From the IMG/VR virus record IMGVR_UViG_3300027793_000005: DNA of 64,000 nucleotides, one strand, 5' to 3'. Numbering within the stretch: the first letter of the stretch is position 1; every line of letters begins with the position of its first letter. Source of the stretch: an uncultured virus (IMG/VR IMGVR_UViG_3300027793_000005). Lineage: Duplodnaviria; Heunggongvirae; Uroviricota; Caudoviricetes. Positions 1 through 8,332 of this stretch are shown piece by piece. A program made the translations under genes and the position numbers. Under the pieces are notes generated by a model. The model saw nothing but the letters and a program-made list of their open reading frames with translations, was not told the DNA's origin and made no database searches.

Positions 1-869
1 GACTGCCATTCGCCCGGCAAGCGAATCTGCAACGGCCCGCTCGTTACCTTTAGGCTACTCGGAGCGGTCTTCGACGTGTCGGGGCTTATAGGCGTGACGG
101 CATCGCCGTCAAGCGCGATACCGTCCATCCGGCAAAGGCGCAGCGGTGGAGTAAGGGTGGCCTCGCCGTCCATCGGCAAGAACATCAATTTGACCGCGAG
201 CGTAACGCCCGAACCACTGCCGTTCATGATGGCGTACAGCGCCCCGCCAATCGTGCGGTCGGTGCCAACATCGGTCGAGCGGCAGACGTAGGTAGCGTTC
301 GTGGCGGTGTTCGTGACCACCGCTGAAACAATCATCGAGTGTGGAAGACCAAACGCTTCTTGAACGAGCGCGATGCCCTCACCTGCCCGCAGGATGATGG
401 GTTCGACATTCACGCTCTCACCGCCGCGCCAGACATCCGCGTAGTGCGCCTTCTGATGCGTGACCATCGACCCGCCATAGGTGCGACTGCCCAAGCCTGT
501 CGCCGTCTGCGTCGAAAAGTTCGGCGTGTCGTTGATGCGTCGGAACAACGCCGTCGTTGTCACACTGTTCGGGTTGTTGGCCACCGTGACCTGCGAAGGC
601 AGAGCGGCATCTGCCGTGTCCATCCTGATCGGCGTCACCGTATCGCCGCCTGTCACCGCGCTCACACGATACAAGCCGAACAGGCCAGAGCGCCCCGTTG
701 CAGTCGCACCTGACGAGAACCCAGACGACGGCGCAGCGGGCGACACGCGCAGCGACACCACCTCGAAATACGCTCTAGCGTCCGTTGCCGTGTTCTGGAT
801 GGCGAGCAGCGCGTCCTCAAGCGGACGCACGTCCACCGCATTCATCCGCAGGTAGTACGTTTCAGGCAT
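1..869 (-). CDS. Virion/tail-associated protein, truncated at left edge; paralogous to 1054-1575
   Basis: Not in ORF track. ATG at 869 (MPETYYLRMNAVDVRP...) is open to position 1. It shares TGGDTVTPIRMDT / NVEPIILRAGEG with SGGTAVTPVKHDT / NVEPVTCRATQG of 1054-1575. Confidence 0.7.
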   Translation of the reverse strand, partial: MPETYYLRMNAVDVRPLEDALLAIQNTATDARAYFEVVSLRVSPAAPSSGFSSGATATGRSGLFGLYRVSAVTGGDTVTPIRMDTADAALPSQVTVANNPNSVTTTALFRRINDTPNFSTQTATGLGSRTYGGSMVTHQKAHYADVWRGGESVNVEPIILRAGEGIALVQEAFGLPHSMIVSAVVTNTATNATYVCRSTDVGTDRTIGGALYAIMNGSGSGVTLAVKLMFLPMDGEATLTPPLRLCRMDGIALDGDAVTPISPDTSKTAPSSLKVTSGPLQIRLPGEWQ

Positions 870-1050
870 CGGGCGGAATCTCCATCACGACCTCGAAACG
901 GACATATCGACCTTGAACCTTGCAAGAGGGACAGGTGATTGGCGGCGAGTAGCCGCCAACCCCGCCGTTCAAATCTTGCTGAACACGGTCTGCCAACTCC
1001 TGCTCCACCACCCACTCATGGCCGCAGGATTTGTGGCGCAAAGAAGGCAT
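862..1050 (-). CDS. Small zinc-ribbon protein
   Basis: HxxC...CPSC motif; coupled to neighbours in the late operon. Confidence 0.55.
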   Translation of the reverse strand: MPSLRHKSCGHEWVVEQELADRVQQDLNGGVGGYSPPITCPSCKVQGRYVRFEVVMEIPPDA

Positions 1051-1053
1051 GTA

Positions 1054-1575
1054 TTACGAAGCCGAATCAGTGAACTCGATTTCGAGGTCGGCAGTGCCGA
1101 CCGCACTGGAGCCGCTGTGGAACAACTGAAGACCCTGCGTGGCGCGGCAGGTCACAGGCTCCACATTGGTGTCGCCGTATCCGGCGTTCCAGATTTCAGC
1201 GAACGGGACCAGAGTCAGCCAGTTCGCCTGAGTGGTACCACCGACGATGGGTTCTTCGTTGACGAACAAGAACCGGCGGAAGATATCCGAGCCGGTCGTG
1301 GTCTGGTTGGTGCCGCAGGTCGTGTTCGCATTGAGGGCGCTGCTGTCGGTGTCATGCTTGACCGGGGTCACCGCCGTGCCACCAGATGCCGCCGTGATGC
1401 GCCGCACCTGCGCAGTCGTCAGCACACCCGTCACCGCCGCCGTGCCGTTGTTGAACCAGTAGCACCGATACACGCGGATGATGCGCGTTGAGCCGGTGCC
1501 GTTGAACACGTTGAGCATATCTTTGCTCGACGCGTAGGCGATAGCGCCGCCAGTTGCTCTCCAAGTCGCAGCCAT
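1054..1575 (-). CDS. Putative virion structural (beta-rich, T/G-rich) protein
   Basis: Composition, position in tail region, tight spacing. Confidence 0.6.
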   Translation of the reverse strand: MAATWRATGGAIAYASSKDMLNVFNGTGSTRIIRVYRCYWFNNGTAAVTGVLTTAQVRRITAASGGTAVTPVKHDTDSSALNANTTCGTNQTTTGSDIFRRFLFVNEEPIVGGTTQANWLTLVPFAEIWNAGYGDTNVEPVTCRATQGLQLFHSGSSAVGTADLEIEFTDSAS

Positions 1576-1578
1576 TTG

Positions 1579-1878
1579 TCAGACTCCTATGATTACTTTG
1601 CCGGAGCCTTGTGTGGCCCGGAACACTTCGATGTCGCCGCTGCCGTCCATCTGCGGCCCCGCAGCCCATTGCCTCACCCGACCCTCGTTGAGGGCCTTCA
1701 CGCTTGCGTCAAGGTCATCCCGCGTATCGCCGGGATTGAGTCCCAGACGACGAGCGGCCTGAACCTTGAGCATAAAGTCTACGCATCTCTTGACCATCCA
1801 CTCAGGGATGGGCGACTCCACGCGGAGCAGCCACGAACCAAGAGTCGGACGCCATTCCATCGCGGGCTGACGCATCAC
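1579..1878 (-). CDS. Hypothetical protein
   Basis: Start overlaps the upstream stop (ATGA-type coupling). Confidence 0.55.
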   Translation of the reverse strand: MMRQPAMEWRPTLGSWLLRVESPIPEWMVKRCVDFMLKVQAARRLGLNPGDTRDDLDASVKALNEGRVRQWAAGPQMDGSGDIEVFRATQGSGKVIIGV

Positions 1879-2324
1879 GCAATCCTGATGATGGCGTTCG
1901 ACGCATCCGCAGTCGGGAACTGGATGGTGAAGTTGCCACCCGAAGACGACTTGTCACTACCGAAGGCCAGCACAGCAACCGCACGGTTCGACTGGGTGCT
2001 GTTGTAGATCAGCGCACCGTTCGCCGTGATGGTCGAGGTGGACCACGTCGTGTCGTTGAAGTCGAGGAACGCCGTCGTGCCCGAAGAGGTCGGGGCAATC
2101 GTGGTCAGCGTGTTGCCGCCAGCGGTGTATCCACCGCCAGTCGCCACTTCGTTGGTGGTGCTGTAGGTCGTGGTGGATGCATCGAGATTGGCCGACGAGG
2201 TGTATAGGGCGATCTTGAACGTATCGGGGGTCGTAGCGCCACGGGTGACCGTAGTGCCGAATGCATGGATAGCGTTCAGGATCTCGACCTTGAAAGAGGT
2301 CGCCATTGCTTGGGTGATAGGCAT
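1875..2324 (-). CDS. Virion structural protein (MxITQAMxTSFKxE family, tail-associated)
   Basis: FKIALYTSSA and GGGYTAGG...DF.D..W motifs typical of phage tail structural proteins. Confidence 0.7.
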   Translation of the reverse strand: MPITQAMATSFKVEILNAIHAFGTTVTRGATTPDTFKIALYTSSANLDASTTTYSTTNEVATGGGYTAGGNTLTTIAPTSSGTTAFLDFNDTTWSTSTITANGALIYNSTQSNRAVAVLAFGSDKSSSGGNFTIQFPTADASNAIIRIA

Positions 2325-2605
2325 CAGAGTTCTCCGAGGATGTCCGCGATGTTGTGGTGTCCAGAGGCGCGGAGTTTGGCGGTGATGGTCATCCGCTCGT
2401 TGTCCTGCGCTTCCTTCAGGTAGTGAACGAGTACAGTGCGAAGTTGGTCCTTGAACGCACGGGCCTGCTCAAGGAGAAGGGGGTGGCTTCGTTCACCCAC
2501 ATAGATGATTTTGTCGAGGGCGCGTTCCGCGATCTCTTCGGGCGTGAAGCCTCGATCGACCGTGGTAAAGACCTTGACCGTTCCGATCTCGCCTAATCCG
2601 TTCAT
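2324..2605 (-). CDS. Conserved phage hypothetical protein
   Basis: Coupled ORF; RGFTPEEIAERALDKII motif. Confidence 0.65.
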   Translation of the reverse strand: MNGLGEIGTVKVFTTVDRGFTPEEIAERALDKIIYVGERSHPLLLEQARAFKDQLRTVLVHYLKEAQDNERMTITAKLRASGHHNIADILGEL

Positions 2606-3240
2606 GTGACAGGTACTCTGGCCTGACCGTTGCGGTAAGCATCCTGACGTTCAAGCCCGTCGCCAAGGCGCTTCAGTTGACCAAGGGCTTCCTGATACTT
2701 GGCTTCGTAATTGGCCATCATGTCAGCCTCGCCCTTGAGGTAAGTGTAGGCTTCGCGAAGAGAGCCATACAGGAGAACAGTGTCGAAATTGTCACCGACC
2801 CACGACGTACCAGCGGTCACGATGGACTCAGGGTAATAGTAGTAGTGCAGTTCGGTCTGGTAGTTCGCGCTCGGGGTCGGCCCCACAATCATCGTGTACG
2901 GTGAGAAAATACCGTAGTACTGCGGCTTGCTGTTCGGGGACACCGTGGGGTACGCAGCGCGGATGAAGTTCACGTCCTTCGGCAGGAGGAACTCGTATGC
3001 GTTGGTCACCGGGTCGATGACCGCGATCGAGAACGTGGCGAGCCAGTCGGTCGGGAGGCTCATGTACGGAGTCCCGCTCGTCATGGTGCCCGTCACGTTC
3101 TTGCGAAGCGCGGGGATCTGGACGGTGTTGTAGATGCGCTGTTCCGCAGCCTTCACAAAGACAGGGATATTCGCCACGAACGACGACTCAGTCGATTCGC
3201 AGTAGTCCTGAATGGCCTGTGAAAGTTGCGTGTAGTTCAT
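2602..3240 (-). CDS. Head-tail adaptor / tail tubular protein
   Basis: MNYTQL..AIQDY, FV..AEQRI, LP.DWL, P.P...Y, LLYGSL.EAY pattern of podovirus adaptors. Confidence 0.7.
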   Translation of the reverse strand: MNYTQLSQAIQDYCESTESSFVANIPVFVKAAEQRIYNTVQIPALRKNVTGTMTSGTPYMSLPTDWLATFSIAVIDPVTNAYEFLLPKDVNFIRAAYPTVSPNSKPQYYGIFSPYTMIVGPTPSANYQTELHYYYYPESIVTAGTSWVGDNFDTVLLYGSLREAYTYLKGEADMMANYEAKYQEALGQLKRLGDGLERQDAYRNGQARVPVT

Positions 3241-3243
3241 GAC

Positions 3244-3429
3244 TTACCAGCCGTGCTTGAACTGCACCTTGGGGCTGAGGTTGATCTGCGAGGTGTACTG
3301 CTTGCCCTTCGTCGCAGCGCCGCCGCCACGCATCGTGGAGCGCGTGATGCCCTCATTCACACCCTTCGCCGGGTAGCCGTTCTCGCCCGTAGGCTCAGAG
3401 TTCTTCTTGATCTTGCCCGAGTCCTTCAT
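3244..3429 (-). CDS. Small basic protein (MRGGGAATKG motif)
   Basis: Likely start is ATG 3429, directly after the upstream stop at 3431. Confidence 0.6.
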   Translation of the reverse strand: MKDSGKIKKNSEPTGENGYPAKGVNEGITRSTMRGGGAATKGKQYTSQINLSPKVQFKHGW

Positions 3430-3430
3430 G

Positions 3431-3601
3431 TCAGCCCCTCCCACGGGTCGGGCTACGCTGGTTCATGACCTTAGCCATGTTGCGCCCGTACATCTTCCGG
3501 TTATCCGAGGTCGGGCCACCCGCCTTCATACCCTTCACCCGGTTCGGGCCGTGGGCCTTGCTGGCGGGAAGAGCCGCATGTTTCTTGAGAGACATCGCCA
3601 T
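3431..3601 (-). CDS. Small basic protein, 56 aa (MAMSLKKH...MKAGGPT...YGRNMAKVMNQ)
   Basis: Below ORF-track cutoff; AGGAG RBS upstream of ATG 3601; fills the gap between neighbours. Confidence 0.65.
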   Translation of the reverse strand: MAMSLKKHAALPASKAHGPNRVKGMKAGGPTSDNRKMYGRNMAKVMNQRSPTRGRG

Positions 3602-3611
3602 TTTAATACTC

Positions 3612-3989
3612 CTAGGTCGTAACGACCGTCACGGTTCCAACATAGCCCTTCGGGGCCAGACTGTTCGGGGTCAGACCGTTGTCGATGCCGCTGGCACCGC
3701 CTACCGGGTTCCACCCCCACTCGATCATTCTACTACCACCCGCACCGTCATTGCCGGGCGCGTAGTAACTCGTATCCGGGCGCGGGTTCCGGATCGCCTG
3801 CGGGTCATCGACCGGGTAGAGGCCGAGTGACAACTGCGGATGATCCGGGTCCCAGCACGACTGACAGACCAAGATGTTCACGTTCTTGGTCTTGATGACG
3901 AGGCCCTTCAACTGTTTTAGTTTGTAGCGAAAACCACACCGATCGCACTCCGCGATGGCGTTCTTGCCGCTTGCAAACCTGTTCGACAT
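3612..3989 (-). CDS. Conserved zinc-finger protein (CDRCG...CxxC...DPQA..NPRPD)
   Basis: Cys motif and coupled start. Confidence 0.7.
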   Translation of the reverse strand: MSNRFASGKNAIAECDRCGFRYKLKQLKGLVIKTKNVNILVCQSCWDPDHPQLSLGLYPVDDPQAIRNPRPDTSYYAPGNDGAGGSRMIEWGWNPVGGASGIDNGLTPNSLAPKGYVGTVTVVTT

Positions 3990-4705
3990 CAGTAGAAACT
4001 CTGCCTCGGTACGAACCGCACGGGGGCCTTTTCCCGGTCCTCACCAGCCGCCAAGTCCCAAGCCTCGTCGTACTGGGCCTTGAGCGCCATCATCCGGGCA
4101 TCCGCGCCGGGGATCTTCATGGACAGCATGTAGGCGAGTCCGGCGATCATGCAGGGCAGGAACCGGAAGGGGATGTCCTGCCCGTTGCTCCCGTTACCGA
4201 CGTCGAACATCCGACGCAACCGCGTGTAGACGAGGGTATAGGTCGTACCGTTGTCGGGTTTCGGCCACACGACGAACTGAGGGTAGACCGGGTTGCCCGT
4301 CGAGTCCGTAGCCCCTGTACGTCGATCGATCCAGATCTGGATCGGCCTGCCCGTCGCGTTCTTGTTTGGAATGGCGAGGTAGGTGCTGGAAGAGATACGG
4401 CTGATGTTGATGTCGATCTGGTTCGTGCCTGACCCCGTACGGACGACGTGGTCAAGAAGATCAACCGTGTCCACGGGTAGGTCGTAGGTACCCGTGTTGT
4501 AGGTCAGGGCATGAGTGCCCTGCTCCAGTGTCCACAGGTTTACGCCACGGTTCGCCCAGTCCATGAGGAGCAGGTTCAGACTCCGCTTGGCAGTCCGGAA
4601 GTCGTAGCCCGTCCGAAGTTCAGCACCACAACGCTCAAACGCCTCTTCGATGATGGCGTTCAGGTCGAGGTTGAAGTCGGTCGAGGCTGTCGTTTCGTAG
4701 GTCAC
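3989..4705 (-). CDS. Virion structural protein, head-tail connector / tail tubular A-like
   Basis: IIEEAFERCG, A.RSLNLL..DWANRG.NLW, P.K...GRP.Q, WP.PD motifs. Confidence 0.7.
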   Translation of the reverse strand: MTYETTASTDFNLDLNAIIEEAFERCGAELRTGYDFRTAKRSLNLLLMDWANRGVNLWTLEQGTHALTYNTGTYDLPVDTVDLLDHVVRTGSGTNQIDINISRISSSTYLAIPNKNATGRPIQIWIDRRTGATDSTGNPVYPQFVVWPKPDNGTTYTLVYTRLRRMFDVGNGSNGQDIPFRFLPCMIAGLAYMLSMKIPGADARMMALKAQYDEAWDLAAGEDREKAPVRFVPRQSFY

Positions 4706-4711
4706 GATTTC

Positions 4712-4960
4712 TTACTCTTTGCCCGCTTGGCGGAAGCGGCGCGTTTTATCAGCAATGCCCTTGGGTTGTTGCACAAATTGCTTGCCTTGCGCCTTGCCTT
4801 TACGCTTGGCGGCGGAGGTTCGGGCATACTCGGCAGAGGAAAGGCTCTTGATAGCAGCCTCTGGAAGATACCTCTCACCCGTGTCAGAAGAGCGCTTACC
4901 ACTTTTCGTTCTCCACTTCTGCTGAGTCCACGCCTTGAGCGATTTCTGGGGCGTTTTCAA
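4712..4960 (-). CDS. DUF5872-like C-terminal half (QKSL..WT.QKWRTKSG...RYLP)
   Basis: Probable TTG start at 4960 overlapping upstream TGA; motif recognition. Confidence 0.6.
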   Translation of the reverse strand: MKTPQKSLKAWTQQKWRTKSGKRSSDTGERYLPEAAIKSLSSAEYARTSAAKRKGKAQGKQFVQQPKGIADKTRRFRQAGKE

Positions 4961-5253
4961 TCGCGGTACCCGCCACCCTTGGTCTTGTACTGCTTCGCCA
5001 GCAACTGTGCCTTGCGAGCGGACCACTGTCCTGCCTTCGTACCCTGCACGGCACGGGACTTGATCGACTTGAACAGGTTCTCACGCATACCGGGCTTCGT
5101 GTAGTTCCCGGCCTCGTTGACCTTGCTCTCGCCGCCCTTGCTGAACGTCTTGATCGGCTTGCCAGTACCGATCACGGGCTGGGAGTCACCACGCCGTTTG
5201 GCACGGGGGATTTTGCCCGGCGCGATGACTCCCATACCACGTGAAGGTTTCAT
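4957..5253 (-). CDS. DUF5872-like N-terminal half (NYTKP...GQWSARKAQLLAKQYK..GGGY)
   Basis: Motif recognition. Confidence 0.6.
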   Translation of the reverse strand: MKPSRGMGVIAPGKIPRAKRRGDSQPVIGTGKPIKTFSKGGESKVNEAGNYTKPGMRENLFKSIKSRAVQGTKAGQWSARKAQLLAKQYKTKGGGYRD

Positions 5254-5726
5254 CAGACGAACTTGCCCTTGGTCTTGCCACGCATCTCGCAGCCACCGCC
5301 ACGGACGGAGCCACCTTTGGCGTACTTCTTGACGGAGCCGCCAGAGGATTTACGAGACACCACAGTCTCGGTCCGCTCTACCATATCGCGCCCCTTTTTC
5401 GGAGTATATGTGCCAAGCGCTCTACCCATACCTTTGTATGGCGGAGACCTATCTTCTGGGTGGATCAAGTACTTCGAGTTATTCTCTTCGTCGTGGCCGA
5501 TAATAGGCTCTCTAAACGCCCTGCCGCTTCCACGATAGGGTCCTTTCTTGCCCGCCACAACAGCATTATTACGGATCCTGACGATCTCTTCGTAAGGTAT
5601 GCCAAGTTGCTTAAGAAGATGGGCCTCTTTCGGGTCACGCGGGTCAAAGGCCTTGTAGCCTCTGGCCGCTGCCTCTTCGTCGCTCATCTCCCTCTTGGAT
5701 GTCGGACGCTCAGGCACAGCGCCCAC
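5253..5726 (-). CDS. Basic protein with C-terminal YAKGGSVRGGGC..RGKTKG motif
   Basis: ORF in operon; start uncertain (GTG 5717 possible). Confidence 0.6.
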   Translation of the reverse strand: MGAVPERPTSKREMSDEEAAARGYKAFDPRDPKEAHLLKQLGIPYEEIVRIRNNAVVAGKKGPYRGSGRAFREPIIGHDEENNSKYLIHPEDRSPPYKGMGRALGTYTPKKGRDMVERTETVVSRKSSGGSVKKYAKGGSVRGGGCEMRGKTKGKFV

Positions 5727-5871
5727 CGCCTGCCATCTTGATCATCTTGCCACGGGTCTTACCCTTGGCCTCGCAGCCGCCGCCACGGACAGCACCGCCC
5801 GAGGCCATCTTCACGACCTTGGCTTTGGTCTTACCCTTGTGGGTCACACCATCAGCGCCTTTCTTATACAT
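5710..5871 (-). CDS. Small basic protein (MASGGAVRGGGC.AKGKTRG)
   Basis: ATG 5871 with AGGAG RBS; C-terminus paralogous to 5253-5726. Confidence 0.65.
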   Translation of the reverse strand: MYKKGADGVTHKGKTKAKVVKMASGGAVRGGGCEAKGKTRGKMIKMAGGGRCA

Positions 5872-6058
5872 CGTTGGATCTCCTGAATTTCTTGATAATA
5901 GATTGAACGGTATCGGTCTCGTAGATGCGAATGCCAGTCCACAAAATAGTGAAGAGCGCAGCGACTGAGGGAAGCATATCGAACAACGCTCCAAGCATCG
6001 TGAAAACGGAAATCGCATCAAGTCCGGCTTTTAAGACTTCGCCTGTTTCGTGCTTCAT
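5864..6058 (-). CDS. Small membrane protein (holin-like)
   Basis: Hydrophobic segments ending LWT.IRIYET.TVQ; ATG 6058 follows the upstream stop. Confidence 0.55.
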   Translation of the reverse strand: MKHETGEVLKAGLDAISVFTMLGALFDMLPSVAALFTILWTGIRIYETDTVQSIIKKFRRSNDV

Positions 6059-6059
6059 G

Positions 6060-6314
6060 TCAGCAGTTCCAAGCACGGAGCGACTTGTTGATCCGGCTGT
6101 TGGGGTCCTTTGCCGTCTTGGCGCTCGTTAGTTTACTCTTCATGCCTTTCATCCGGGCACAGAATGAGTCACGGCGAGAGCCACCTTCAGGCTGCGGACG
6201 CTTCAAGCCGGGCTTGCCGGGGTTCGCCTTGTTGTAAGAAGCCCTGCCTTTGGCGTTCAAGCCTCCAGCAGGGTTCTTCCCTTCCTTCCTTTGCCAAGCA
6301 GGTGACTTAGCCAT
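6060..6314 (-). CDS. DUF6321-like basic protein (MAKSPAWQRKEGKNPAGGLNAKGRASY...SFCARM...SLRAWNC)
   Basis: Motif recognition; ATG 6314. Confidence 0.65.
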   Translation of the reverse strand: MAKSPAWQRKEGKNPAGGLNAKGRASYNKANPGKPGLKRPQPEGGSRRDSFCARMKGMKSKLTSAKTAKDPNSRINKSLRAWNC

Positions 6315-6591
6315 AGAAGATCGTGACCTTCGCGGAAGTCGGCAAAGTGACGTGGATGCTGTCGTAGAACAGGATCCCTTCGCCGGGGATGAGGTTGGAG
6401 AAAGGGTTGTTCGTGTTCGCAGGGACGTTGAACTGCATCCGAACCGGACCAGTCGCACCGCCATCACGGAACACGAAGTCACCCGCAGTACCGCCCGAGA
6501 GGCCCTGATAGCCCTTCAGACGGTACCGCCCAGTCACCAGCGTCCCCGTAGCCTCCGTATGGGCGGCTAAGACGTCTGTTTGCGTGGACAT
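6307..6591 (-). CDS. Small virion structural protein
   Basis: C-terminal IPGEGILF...T.FYG motif, downstream of capsid genes. Confidence 0.6.
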   Translation of the reverse strand: MSTQTDVLAAHTEATGTLVTGRYRLKGYQGLSGGTAGDFVFRDGGATGPVRMQFNVPANTNNPFSNLIPGEGILFYDSIHVTLPTSAKVTIFYG

Positions 6592-6606
6592 GTTAGTCCT
6601 CCGAGA

Positions 6607-7086
6607 TTAGACAGAAGCCGGGATCTGCGAACCGTCCGACGCCCGCTGCGCGTAGACAACCGTGATGATCGCACGGCCCACACCAGCCGCTGCACCAACC
6701 GCGTAACGCGACCAGAGCGGCGTATCAGCAGAAGTCGAGGTCTGCCACGCAAGTTGGGTCGTAGCAGTCGCCGTACCACGGAACCGACCGCCAGCCGTGG
6801 TGACCACAGCCGCCATCAACTGAGCACCGCCCGAAGCGTTGCCCACCGAGATGGTGGACGTGGACGAGCCACCCGGAACGACGACCTGATCGACCACGAT
6901 GTCGATGATCTGAGCGCCCTGCGGCAAGTTGCCGAACTGGACATCGACGTTGCCGACGCCAGCAGTCACGACGCCCGTGTCATAGGACTGGGAGAGGACG
7001 ACGACACCCGTATTGCGGCCAGCGGCCACGGTGCCATCTTTGACAGTGCCCGAGCGAAGCGGGCCAGAGAAAGTCGAGAAAGACAT
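6607..7086 (-). CDS. Capsid decoration / head fibre-like protein (MSFSTFSGP.RSG)
   Basis: ATG 7086 with AAGGAG RBS; beta-rich; follows MCP. Confidence 0.6.
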   Translation of the reverse strand: MSFSTFSGPLRSGTVKDGTVAAGRNTGVVVLSQSYDTGVVTAGVGNVDVQFGNLPQGAQIIDIVVDQVVVPGGSSTSTISVGNASGGAQLMAAVVTTAGGRFRGTATATTQLAWQTSTSADTPLWSRYAVGAAAGVGRAIITVVYAQRASDGSQIPASV

Positions 7087-7180
7087 AATAAGACTCCTTT
7101 TGCACAAGTTGCCGTACTGTCTGTGCAACGTCTCCTAGGCGAGTCAGTACGGCGGGGGTTTACCTAGATCTGAACGAAGG

Positions 7181-7351
7181 TCAAGCGGCCTTGCGCTTCG
7201 ACCACACCGACCACGCGGCGACAGCCAAGGTGGCGAGGGCACCCGAAACGGCGAGAACCGTCTCCGAGTCCACCACACCCTTGGCAACGAAGAACCCGCC
7301 CACCGAGGCAGCGAGAGCGCGGACGATGCCTGCAATCTGTTCACCAGTCAT
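7181..7351 (-). CDS. Small two-TM putative holin (Pam3-gp28-like), 56 aa
   Basis: MTGEQIAGIVRAL...AAWSVWSKRKAA; AGGAG RBS before ATG 7351. Confidence 0.6.
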   Translation of the reverse strand: MTGEQIAGIVRALAASVGGFFVAKGVVDSETVLAVSGALATLAVAAWSVWSKRKAA

Positions 7352-7370
7352 GTTGTACTCCTGTAAGAAC

Positions 7371-7404
7371 AAAAGAGGAAGAGGGGGCCGAAGCCCCCTC
7401 CCCC
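7371..7404 (-). terminator. Rho-independent terminator after major capsid gene
   Basis: Minus strand GGGGAGGGGGC-TTCG-GCCCCCTCTTCC then TCTTTT; cUUCGg loop. Confidence 0.85.
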
Positions 7405-7410
7405 GGATCA

Positions 7411-8319
7411 TCAGGCCGAACCCGGCGAAGCGAACATGCCGAGCGGATCGGACCATCCGAACGAGTAACGCTCGCGGCTCTTGTACCGCACGTTGCCCGT
7501 GTCGAAATCGCCGTCCATCGAGTTCGCCAGCGGCGTACGGACGAAGTGCTTCATGCCGTTCGGAACGTCGGTCGTGAGGAACCAAGCGTTCGTATCGGTC
7601 AGGAAGTGGTTCACCGTGTAGCCACCGGGGATCGAACCCATCGCCTTCAGCGCGTTGATGTCGTTGTCGGTCGTACCAACACGGAGTTCCGTGTCGAGCA
7701 GTCGCTTGGCGACGAACATCAAGGACGGCGGGACGATGAGTTTGCGGGGCTTCGCAGCGATGAGAAGCCCACGCTCGTCGGTCCAACCTGCGATCTGGAT
7801 GACCGCAGCCTCAAGCGAGGTCTCGTTGAGGTCAGCAGCCGTGAGGCGGTTGCTGTTGGTACCGCCGGAGGTGAGCGGATGCGCCGCCGAGAACAGCGGA
7901 ACGCCGTCACCGCCAGTCTGAAGGGCCGAAAAGCCGTAGTTCAGAACGGAAGCCGCCTTGACCTGCTTCGTGTACGCCATTGCACGGGCAAGAGCCTTGG
8001 TGTAGCGCTTGCTGAGCGAGTCGTACAGGTTGTCCTCAACAGCCTCTTCCGTGAGGGAGAAGCCGAGAGCGATCGTCTCATGGTTGTAGCGGGCAGTCCA
8101 AGCCTCCTGCGCATTGTCGTACGCAATCGCCTGACCTTCCTGCTTGACCGGAGCCGCCGAGAAGCCCGACAACTTGGTCTCTTCTTCAAAGGAACGCTCG
8201 GAGGTCTCAGTCTCGTAGATCTCCTTATGCTCCTCGCCGTACTGCTTGTACTCCAGACCGAACAGAGCGTTCAGACCGGGCAGCAGTTCCTTCAACAGTT
8301 GTGCGCGTGAAATAGCCAT
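7411..8319 (-). CDS. Major capsid protein
   Basis: MAISRAQLLKELLPGLNALFGLEY...DFDTGNVRYK.RERYSFGWSD is a characteristic MCP signature; strong codon bias; terminator follows. Confidence 0.9.
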   Translation of the reverse strand: MAISRAQLLKELLPGLNALFGLEYKQYGEEHKEIYETETSERSFEEETKLSGFSAAPVKQEGQAIAYDNAQEAWTARYNHETIALGFSLTEEAVEDNLYDSLSKRYTKALARAMAYTKQVKAASVLNYGFSALQTGGDGVPLFSAAHPLTSGGTNSNRLTAADLNETSLEAAVIQIAGWTDERGLLIAAKPRKLIVPPSLMFVAKRLLDTELRVGTTDNDINALKAMGSIPGGYTVNHFLTDTNAWFLTTDVPNGMKHFVRTPLANSMDGDFDTGNVRYKSRERYSFGWSDPLGMFASPGSA

Positions 8320-8332
8320 TTTCTACTGCTCC

